55,518 nucleotides of DNA from an uncultured Patescibacteria group bacterium (GTDB lineage: Bacteria; Patescibacteriota; Minisyncoccia; Phycocordibacterales; UBA12088), in NCBI GenBank assembly GCA_947259245.1, contig CAMYLP010000007.1:1-55518 (forward strand), read 5' to 3'. The translations under genes were made by a program, and so were the position numbers. Under the pieces are notes generated by a model. It was not told the DNA's origin. It did not search any database and saw nothing but the letters and a program-made list of their open reading frames with translations. Positions within the stretch are counted from its first letter, which is position 1. Every line of letters begins with the position of its first letter. Shown here in pieces: positions 38,171 through 45,637 of the stretch.

Positions 38171-40588
38171 ATGAATCAAAATAATCCGTTCGTTATCTGG
38201 TACAAAGACCTCACAATAGAGGACGTACCGCGCGTAGGTGGAAAGAATGCTGCACTGGGTGAGATGGTGCGTGAGCTGCTACCCCTTGGCGTGCGGGTTC
38301 CGAATGGGTTTGCGATAACTGCTGAGGCGTACAACCATTTTTTAGATACGACCAACCTCCGATCTAGAATAAATGACACTCTCGAAGGGCTCGACACACA
38401 CGACGTGCGAGAGCTCCAGCACCGCGGCAAAACAGTGCGTGAGCTTATACTTGCAGAAGAGCTTCCAGAGGACTTGAAGTCCGCTGTCGTTTCCGCGTAC
38501 CAGGAGCTCGTTGATCTTGAGGGTACCGAAGACGTTGCAGTGCGAAGTAGTGCCACAGCGGAGGACCTACCGGGCGCCTCCTTCGCAGGTCAGCAGGAAA
38601 CGTACCTGAATGTGGTGGGTGACGAAGATGTACTCATTGCCACAAAGAAATGCATAGCAAGTCTCTTTACCGACCGGGCTATCAGCTACCGTGCTGACAA
38701 GGGATTCTCGCATACCGATGCTGCGCTGTCTGTCGGTGTACAGAAGATGGTTCGCTCGGATATGGCAACCTCCGGTGTGATGTTCTCTATTGACACGGAG
38801 ACGGGCTTCGACAAGGTGGTCATTATCGACGCTGCCTACGGCCTTGGAGAGATGGTTGTGCAGGGAAAGGTTACGCCAGACAGCTTTACGGTCTTTAAAC
38901 CTTCACTTGAGAAAGGTTTGCATGGTGTTATTGGGCGAGACATCGGAAGCAAAGAGGTGAAAATGATATACGGTGAGAAAGGCGGCGAGATAGTCGACGT
39001 GCCCGAAGAGGACCGCGCTCGCTACTGCATTAGCGACGAAGAGCTCGAGACACTCTCACGCTGGGCGCTCACCATCGAAAAGCATTTCAGTACGAAACAT
39101 GGCCACTACCAGCCGATGGATATGGAGTGGGCAAAGGATGGTCTCAATAACGAACTCTACATCGTACAGGCACGTCCTGAGACGGTCATTTCCATGCGCG
39201 ATAAGAATGTGTTCAGTGAGTATAAACTCAAGGGCGATGGCGAGGTACTCACGAAGGGCACATCGGTCGGCACCAAGATAGCACACGGCAACGTGCATGT
39301 GATACGCGACGTCGAGAACATACACGACTTCAAAGAAGGCGAGGTACTCGTGACCGAGATAACCGACCCAGACTGGGAGCCTATCATGAAGATTGCAAGC
39401 GCTATAGTAACTGACAAGGGTGGCCGCACGAGCCACGCAGCCATTGTCTCCCGAGAGCTCGGCATACCCTGCATCGTGGGCACTGAAAATGCAACGAACG
39501 TACTTACAGACGGTACCCCGGTGACGGTGGATTGTTCGGGAGGGGCGGGGCGCGTGCTCAAGGGCAACATCGACTTCGAGCAGATAGATCACCACCTCGA
39601 CAAGCTACCGGAACTCAAGACCAAGGTGATGGTGAATGTCGGTTCACCCGACGAAGCTTTCAAGAACACATACCTGCCGGTACAGGGTGTTGGTCTTGGC
39701 CGCTTGGAGTTCATCATCATGAGCCACATCCGAGTGCATCCGAACGCGCTTGTAGAGTACGACAAGATAAAGTGGTGGGCAGGTGAGGGGCAAGAGGACA
39801 AACGCGAGCTCATGGAGGACATAGACAAACTCACGTACGGCTACGAAGACAAGACTCGCTACTACGTTGATGAACTTGCGGAGGGTATCGCAAAGATAGC
39901 TGCTGCATTCTATCCAAATGACGTCATCATCCGCTTTAGTGACTTCAAGACAAACGAGTACCGCACACTCCTCGGTGGGTACCTGTACGAGCCAGAGGAG
40001 GAGAATCCGATGATAGGATGGCGCGGGACGAGCAGGTACTATGATGAGAAGTTCAAAACAGCATTCGGCTTCGAGTGTGAAGCTATGAATAAAGTTCGAA
40101 CCGAGTATGGACTCGACAACGTCATTCCGATGGTACCGTTCTGCCGGACCCTTGAGGAAGCAGATCTGGTTCTCGAGGTCATGAAGGGGTACGGGCTTGA
40201 TAGAGACAAGGGTTTGAAAGTGTACGTGATGTGTGAGATTCCATCGAATGTACTCCTCGCAGACGAATTCCTTGACCGCTTCGACGGCATGTCAGTAGGA
40301 AGCAACGACCTTACACAGCTCACCCTTGGTATGGACCGCGACAACAACGTCATCGCACACATTGCCAACGAGAACAATGAGGCGGTAAAGCGCATGATAG
40401 CGCCCGCCATAGAGGCATGTAACAAACGCGACAAGTACATCGGTATTTGCGGTCAGGCGCCGAGTGACTTCCCTGAGTTTGCACAGTTCTTGGTAAGTCT
40501 CGGTATCTCAAGCCTCTCCTTCACGCCGGACACTGTCATAAAGACGTTGCCAAAGATAGCTGAGGCAGAGCAGGCACGAAAAAAATAG
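38171..40588 (+). CDS. ppsA: Phosphoenolpyruvate synthase (pyruvate, water dikinase)
   Basis: VGGKNAALGEM, VRSSATAEDLPGASFAGQQETYLNV, GGRTSHAAIVSRELGIPCIVG (phospho-His motif) and ICGQAPSD. It is colinear with E. coli PpsA along its whole length. Confidence 0.95.
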   Translation: MNQNNPFVIWYKDLTIEDVPRVGGKNAALGEMVRELLPLGVRVPNGFAITAEAYNHFLDTTNLRSRINDTLEGLDTHDVRELQHRGKTVRELILAEELPEDLKSAVVSAYQELVDLEGTEDVAVRSSATAEDLPGASFAGQQETYLNVVGDEDVLIATKKCIASLFTDRAISYRADKGFSHTDAALSVGVQKMVRSDMATSGVMFSIDTETGFDKVVIIDAAYGLGEMVVQGKVTPDSFTVFKPSLEKGLHGVIGRDIGSKEVKMIYGEKGGEIVDVPEEDRARYCISDEELETLSRWALTIEKHFSTKHGHYQPMDMEWAKDGLNNELYIVQARPETVISMRDKNVFSEYKLKGDGEVLTKGTSVGTKIAHGNVHVIRDVENIHDFKEGEVLVTEITDPDWEPIMKIASAIVTDKGGRTSHAAIVSRELGIPCIVGTENATNVLTDGTPVTVDCSGGAGRVLKGNIDFEQIDHHLDKLPELKTKVMVNVGSPDEAFKNTYLPVQGVGLGRLEFIIMSHIRVHPNALVEYDKIKWWAGEGQEDKRELMEDIDKLTYGYEDKTRYYVDELAEGIAKIAAAFYPNDVIIRFSDFKTNEYRTLLGGYLYEPEEENPMIGWRGTSRYYDEKFKTAFGFECEAMNKVRTEYGLDNVIPMVPFCRTLEEADLVLEVMKGYGLDRDKGLKVYVMCEIPSNVLLADEFLDRFDGMSVGSNDLTQLTLGMDRDNNVIAHIANENNEAVKRMIAPAIEACNKRDKYIGICGQAPSDFPEFAQFLVSLGISSLSFTPDTVIKTLPKIAEAEQARKK

Positions 40589-40610
40589 AACATACTCATA
40601 AAGCATCAGA

Positions 40611-40640
40611 AAAACCGCCGTGAGGCGGTTTTCAGTTTGA
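40611..40640 (+). terminator. Rho-independent terminator
   Basis: AAAACCGCC-gtga-GGCGGTTTT followed by CAGTTTG. It lies between convergent genes. Confidence 0.75.
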
Positions 40641-40641
40641 G

Positions 40642-40845
40642 CTACTTGTCTTTTGGAACAAGCATAATTTTTTTTACGATACGACCACTTCGCTCACGCA
40701 CGCGAACCGCGCACTCAAGAAGTTCTGAGGTAGATTCCTCACACCCTATGATACGAATGAGCTCGGCGCACTCGCGTGGCTCTGTCTCTGCGCATCCGTA
40801 GGCAAAAATAGTCAGCAGCAATACCATTGGGGCTATAACTTTCAT
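40642..40845 (-). CDS. Small lipoprotein
   Basis: AGGAGG (40857-40852 on the minus strand) lies 6 nt before the ATG at 40845. The protein starts MKVIAPMVLLLTIFAYGC (a lipobox). The ORF-track start at 40863 is unlikely. Confidence 0.6.
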   Translation of the reverse strand: MKVIAPMVLLLTIFAYGCAETEPRECAELIRIIGCEESTSELLECAVRVRERSGRIVKKIMLVPKDK

Positions 40846-41002
40846 TGCCATCCTCCTGTACATTTTGAAAACCTGATCGTATCATGCCACAATATGGTCA
40901 TGTGTCAACAGATGCAAGCACGTCGCATTGTGCAGTCTATAGCGGTAGCCTCTGTCATGGGAGCCTGCTACTATACATTTATTGTTACCAAAAGATATCC
41001 GT

Positions 41003-42286
41003 ATGGCTACTATCACACAAATCTACGCACGACAAATACTTGATTCCCGGGGCAATCCCACAGTAGAAGCAGATGTCCTACTCGAAGACGGCTCGCTAGG
41101 CCGGGCAGCTGTACCGAGTGGTGCGTCGACCGGTTCATTTGAGGCACACGAGCTGCGGGATGGTGGCGAAGCATACATGGGAAGGGGCGTGCAGACAGCA
41201 ATTGCAAATGTGAATGGGGAGATACGCGAAGCGCTTGTCGGTATACAGGCCTCTGAGCAAGCAACGATTGACCAAACACTGCGTGACCTGGATGGAACGG
41301 ACAACAAAGAACGTTTGGGCGCCAATGCCATGCTCGCCGTTTCCCTTGCCGCAGCAAAAGCGGAGGCGCGTTCGCGCGGCTTGTTCCTCTACGACTACTT
41401 CGGGCAGTTGTCCACGCTTGAGCGCTCACCACTCATGCCGGTACCGATGTGCAACCTCATCAATGGAGGCAGGCACGCAGTACAGAGCACAGACATACAA
41501 GAGTTCATGGTCTTACCGGTCGGTGCACGTTCATTCACGGAAGCGGTACGCATGACAGTAGAAGTGTTTCACACCCTGAAAGATATTCTTATGGAGGTAG
41601 GTTACGGTACGACAGTCGGTGATGAAGGTGGCTTCGCACCACGTGTTGCGCAGGGGAATCGAGAGGCGCTTGACCTGCTCATGAAGTCAATCGAATCTGC
41701 CGGCTACGTACCCGGTGAGGACATCGCGCTCGGCATCGATGTTGCAGCATCAGAGTTGCTGCAAGAAGATGATACCTATTTGCTTGCGAGCGAGGAGCGC
41801 TCACTCAACGCGCATGAACTGATAGAAATGTATGCATCGCTTGCGCATGACTTTCCACTAGTCTCGGTGGAGGACGGTCTTGCTGAAGGTGACTGGCCCA
41901 ACTGGGTGAATCTCAACAAAGCACTCGGCTCACGTCTACAGCTTGTGGGTGATGATCTTCTGGTCACGAACGTCTCATTTTTACGGAGGGCGGTTGAAGA
42001 ACAGGCAGCAAATGCAATCCTCATTAAACCGAACCAAATAGGTACCTTGAGTGAAACCATTATTGCAGTTGATATCGCCCATGAAGCGGGGTGGAACGCC
42101 ATCATCAGCCACCGGTCCGGTGAGACTGAGGATACGACCATCGCACACCTTGCGGTGGGACTCGGCACTGGACAGATAAAGGCAGGTTCTATGAGTCGCA
42201 CCGACCGCGTAGCGAAGTACAACGAGCTCCTTCGTATAGAAGAAGCGCTCGGTGATGATGCCATATACGCACGCTGGGGCCAGTGA
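41003..42286 (+). CDS. eno: Enolase
   Basis: MATITQIYARQILDSRGNPTVEADV and SHRSGETEDTTIA. The similarity covers the full length. The TTG at 40982 in the ORF track adds 7 non-conserved residues. Confidence 0.95.
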   Translation: MATITQIYARQILDSRGNPTVEADVLLEDGSLGRAAVPSGASTGSFEAHELRDGGEAYMGRGVQTAIANVNGEIREALVGIQASEQATIDQTLRDLDGTDNKERLGANAMLAVSLAAAKAEARSRGLFLYDYFGQLSTLERSPLMPVPMCNLINGGRHAVQSTDIQEFMVLPVGARSFTEAVRMTVEVFHTLKDILMEVGYGTTVGDEGGFAPRVAQGNREALDLLMKSIESAGYVPGEDIALGIDVAASELLQEDDTYLLASEERSLNAHELIEMYASLAHDFPLVSVEDGLAEGDWPNWVNLNKALGSRLQLVGDDLLVTNVSFLRRAVEEQAANAILIKPNQIGTLSETIIAVDIAHEAGWNAIISHRSGETEDTTIAHLAVGLGTGQIKAGSMSRTDRVAKYNELLRIEEALGDDAIYARWGQ

Positions 42287-42563
42287 TGCATTGTTCCGGT
42301 TGACTGGCCTTCTGCTGCGCACACTACGTTGAAGGTACCTCGCACCCCGATGCAGGTCGAAGTTTTCTCGTCAATAGGTGGAGCAGTGTATAGTGAAAAA
42401 TGTAGGAAAATCAACATTTTTAATTACTAAATATAGGCAGAATAAGGAAAATGTTTCGCTGTAAAAAAATGGTGGACTTCTCCACACAGACACACAGTAA
42501 ACAGGAGTACAATACAGGTATCACCTTCACGAGCCCGTGAATTTTTTTATCAGCAGTTCTAGC

Positions 42564-42569
42564 TATAAT
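42564..42569 (+). promoter_or_regulatory. -10 box TATAAT, 6 nt upstream of ATG 42576 (nrdJ)
   Basis: Read directly from the sequence. The upstream region is T-rich (ATTTTTTT). Confidence 0.5.
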
Positions 42570-42575
42570 ACGCCT

Positions 42576-44984
42576 ATGGCCACATCCAGTTCACGCACAA
42601 AAGCCACAAAGAAAAGCAGCCCCCGCGAAACTATTGACAAGATTTTTGAACCTGATGCTGAACAGAGTGATGCTGAGCACAAAGCGTTGCACAAGGGCTC
42701 GTACTACAGCAAGTTCGTGCCACAGATACAGAAGCGCGACGGTAGCATAGTATCCTTTGATTTTCATAAGATAGTACGTGCTATCTCCATGGCGATGGAG
42801 CAAGTGGGTGAAGGCTCACCGGAAGAGGCTGAAATGGTAGCGCACAAGGTCGTGGCCGACGTTGTGCGTATTGCTAAAAAGTATAAAAACTTTTTACCGA
42901 CAGTGGAGGGAATCCAAGATGAGGTCGAACGCCAACTGATTCTGAGTGAGTACGTGAAGGTTGCGAAGCACTACATTCTCTACCGTGAAGAACGTGCACG
43001 TCTACGCAAACACTCAATCTCGGTACCGGAGAAAGTACGCAAGTTGGCGATAGAGAGCAGCAAATACTACGAGGGCAATCCACTCGGTGAATTTGTGTAC
43101 CTACGCACGTATGCACGCTGGATCGAAACTGAAAATCGAAGAGAGACCTGGATAGAGACAGTCGACCGCTACATGTCGTTCATGAAGAAGAACCTTGGCG
43201 ACAAACTCACAGACACCGAGTACGGGGAAGTACGTGAAGCGATACTCAAGCAGGAGGCAATGCCTTCGATGCGGCTCCTTCAGTTCTCCGGTGCACCGGC
43301 AGAACGCTGTAACGCTGTTGCATACAATTGCAGCTACATCGCACCTACAAAGCTCGACGACTTTGGCGAGGTGCTATACCTCAGTGCATCCGGCTGTGGC
43401 GTCGGTTTTTCTGCCGAGAGCAAGAACATAGAGCAACTTCCACAGATAAAAGAGCAGGGTGGCACCATACTCAAGACCCATGTCGTAGAAGACTCAAAAG
43501 AAGGGTGGGCGAAGGCATTGGTACACGGCATGAAGACCTGGTACGACGGCAAGGATGTGCAGTTTGATTACAGCATGGTACGGCCGGCAGGTGCACGTCT
43601 GAAGACCATGGGCGGTAAGGCTTCCGGCCCTGAACCACTACGGTCACTCCTCGACTTCACGCGCTCAACCATACTCTCCCGCCAGAACAGGCGCCTACGA
43701 AACATAGACGCGCACGACATCCTCTGTAAGATAGGCGAAGCTATCGTCTCAGGCGGCGTACGTCGTACAGCCATGATCTCACTCTCGGACCTTGATGACG
43801 ATAACATACGGCATGCGAAAGATGGTGCATTTTATAACACCGATCCGCACCGCATGATGGCGAATAACAGCGCCGTGTACGAGGTGAAGCCTTCCAGTGA
43901 AGAATTTATGGATGAATGGATGGCACTCATGAAAGGTCGTAGTGGTGAGCGCGGTGTCTTCAACCGCGGCAGCTTGCTCTCTCAGATACCAAAGCGCCGT
44001 GTAGCTCTCTGGAAGAAGAAAGGACTCGTGAAGAACGGCAAGATAACAGAACCGGTTGGTACCAATCCATGTGGTGAGATCATTCTCCAGAGCAAACAGT
44101 TCTGTAACCTCTCTGAAGTGATTGCACGACGCAATGACACACCGGAGAGCCTCAAGAAGAAGATACGCATTGCAGCAATACTTGGCACGTACCAAAGTTC
44201 ACTCACCAAGTTTGGTTATCTCTCAAAGGAGTGGACCAAAAACTGTGAAGCAGAGCGCCTGCTCGGTGTTTCAGTCACTGGACAGTGGGACTCTCCTGAG
44301 GCTCGAAAGCCTGAGGTCTTGCGAAGCTTACGAGATGAGGCAGTGGCAGTAAACAAGAAGTACGCAAAACGCTTCGGTATCCCTGCGAGCACCTCAGTCA
44401 CCGCCGTGAAGCCGTCTGGCACCGTGTCCCAAACTGTGAACTGTGCAAGTGGCATGCACCCACGCCACAGCGAGTACTACATCCGCCGCATCCGCATCGC
44501 GTCGACCGACTCGCTCTTCAAGATGCTTAAGGATCAGGGACTCCCGCATCAGACGGAGGTGGGGCAAACCTTGGAAAACGCAAACACCTTTGTGCTGGAG
44601 TTTCCCGTCAAGAGTCCGAAGAGCTCTGTCTACAACAACGACCTTTCTGCTATCGAGCAGCTTGAGTACTGGAAGGTCGTCAAGACAAACTACACCGAGC
44701 ACAACCCTTCAGTCACCATCTCCATCGGTGAGGATGAGTGGGTTGGCGTTGCAAACTGGCTCTACGAGAACTGGGACATGATCGGCGGTCTTTCCTTCCT
44801 ACCACGAAGCAATCACAGCTATCGCTTGGCACCATATGAGGCTATCGACAAGGAGAAGTATGAGAAGCTCGTGAAAGCATTTGAGAACCTGGACTACAGC
44901 AAACTGGTAACGTACGAGCTCCAGGATGAGACAGAGCAAGCCAAAGAGCTTGCGTGTGCAGGTAACACCTGCGAAATAAATTAG
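42576..44984 (+). CDS. nrdJ: Class II (adenosylcobalamin-dependent) ribonucleotide reductase with N-terminal ATP-cone
   Basis: The ATP-cone is IQKRDGSIVSFDFHKIVRAI and the active-site motif is GTNPCGEIIL. The protein is ~800 aa. I chose the ATG at 42576 because a consensus TATAAT (42564-42569) ends 6 nt upstream. Confidence 0.9.
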   Translation: MATSSSRTKATKKSSPRETIDKIFEPDAEQSDAEHKALHKGSYYSKFVPQIQKRDGSIVSFDFHKIVRAISMAMEQVGEGSPEEAEMVAHKVVADVVRIAKKYKNFLPTVEGIQDEVERQLILSEYVKVAKHYILYREERARLRKHSISVPEKVRKLAIESSKYYEGNPLGEFVYLRTYARWIETENRRETWIETVDRYMSFMKKNLGDKLTDTEYGEVREAILKQEAMPSMRLLQFSGAPAERCNAVAYNCSYIAPTKLDDFGEVLYLSASGCGVGFSAESKNIEQLPQIKEQGGTILKTHVVEDSKEGWAKALVHGMKTWYDGKDVQFDYSMVRPAGARLKTMGGKASGPEPLRSLLDFTRSTILSRQNRRLRNIDAHDILCKIGEAIVSGGVRRTAMISLSDLDDDNIRHAKDGAFYNTDPHRMMANNSAVYEVKPSSEEFMDEWMALMKGRSGERGVFNRGSLLSQIPKRRVALWKKKGLVKNGKITEPVGTNPCGEIILQSKQFCNLSEVIARRNDTPESLKKKIRIAAILGTYQSSLTKFGYLSKEWTKNCEAERLLGVSVTGQWDSPEARKPEVLRSLRDEAVAVNKKYAKRFGIPASTSVTAVKPSGTVSQTVNCASGMHPRHSEYYIRRIRIASTDSLFKMLKDQGLPHQTEVGQTLENANTFVLEFPVKSPKSSVYNNDLSAIEQLEYWKVVKTNYTEHNPSVTISIGEDEWVGVANWLYENWDMIGGLSFLPRSNHSYRLAPYEAIDKEKYEKLVKAFENLDYSKLVTYELQDETEQAKELACAGNTCEIN

Positions 44985-45004
44985 CGCCCGAATCCGGAAC
45001 ACTA

Positions 45005-45036
45005 AAACAAGCCGCCGTAAGCGGCTTGTTTGTATC
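45005..45036 (+). terminator. Rho-independent terminator
   Basis: AAACAAGCCGC-cgtaa-GCGGCTTGTTT followed by GTATCT. Confidence 0.7.
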
Positions 45037-45090
45037 TCGTATACACAACGCTACGCACATGGTGAGCATAGCAGAACAATCTGCAGTGAC

Positions 45091-45118
45091 TTGCCATTAA
45101 AAACTAGTACGGTACAAT
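45091..45118 (+). promoter_or_regulatory. Promoter TTGCCA-16-TACAAT
   Basis: The -35 is at 45091-45096 and the -10 at 45113-45118. The -10 overlaps the ORF-track ATG at 45117, which argues for the downstream start at 45192. Confidence 0.5.
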
Positions 45119-45191
45119 GACGCGTGGAGTTTTCTGGTCCACTCGGATGTTCGGTCAAAGAGCTAGTGCGATATCAATATGGAGGAGAGCA

Positions 45192-45482
45192 ATGGAACGA
45201 GAGTTCAATAGCCATGATGAGATCATGGACGCAATGCAGAACGGCGGCACACTATGGCCCGCGTGCAACAGTGACGACTCAAAAGGAGTACGCGGACCGA
45301 TCGATGTGATAGGCACGACAATGTGTAAGACGTTTGCACGTCAGAACGACCCACCCCTACCAGCACTAGTGTGCAAATCGCATAAATCCACTCGTGTAGT
45401 ATTTCTCTACACGCTGCACGATAACAATAACTCCCTCTTTACCGAAGCGCATGTTGCACGTCGGTGGGCGTATGCTGGGTAG
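45192..45482 (+). CDS. Hypothetical small protein (96 aa)
   Basis: GGAGG (45181-45185) lies 6 nt before the ATG at 45192. The gene is flanked by its own promoter and terminator. No family was recognised. Confidence 0.5.
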   Translation: MEREFNSHDEIMDAMQNGGTLWPACNSDDSKGVRGPIDVIGTTMCKTFARQNDPPLPALVCKSHKSTRVVFLYTLHDNNNSLFTEAHVARRWAYAG

Positions 45483-45515
45483 CACTACCTGTCCCTCCTC
45501 GTCTCGAGGAATGCA

Positions 45516-45551
45516 CAGAGCATGGTACGTACGTACATGCTCTGTTTTTTT
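45516..45551 (+). terminator. Rho-independent terminator
   Basis: CAGAGCATG (45516-45524) pairs with CATGCTCTG (45536-45544) across a GTACGTACGTA loop, followed by TTTTTTT. Confidence 0.75.
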
Positions 45552-45602
45552 ACAGCGTGACCATCCGCACACTACGCATGCAGTGGCGCTAAGTGCAGTA
45601 CT

Positions 45603-45631
45603 TTGTTACCAACGGCCAAGTACCGTATACT
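45603..45631 (+). promoter_or_regulatory. Promoter TTGTTA-17-TATACT ending 6 nt before the ATG (leaderless type)
   Basis: The -35 is at 45603-45608 and the -10 at 45626-45631. The ATG is at 45638. Confidence 0.55.
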
Positions 45632-45637
45632 TTGTAT

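Noticed and set aside
41776-42417. A 213-aa minus-strand ORF overlapping the 3' half of eno.
   Set aside because: Enolase is unambiguous on the plus strand. The antisense translation has no motif and a biased composition.
42287-42563. A cobalamin riboswitch or NrdR operator upstream of the B12-dependent nrdJ.
   Set aside because: I could not find a B12-box-like GCC/GGC-rich core or the 16-bp NrdR palindrome. In addition, the -10 box sits directly before the ATG and leaves no leader for a riboswitch. An Infernal scan would be decisive.
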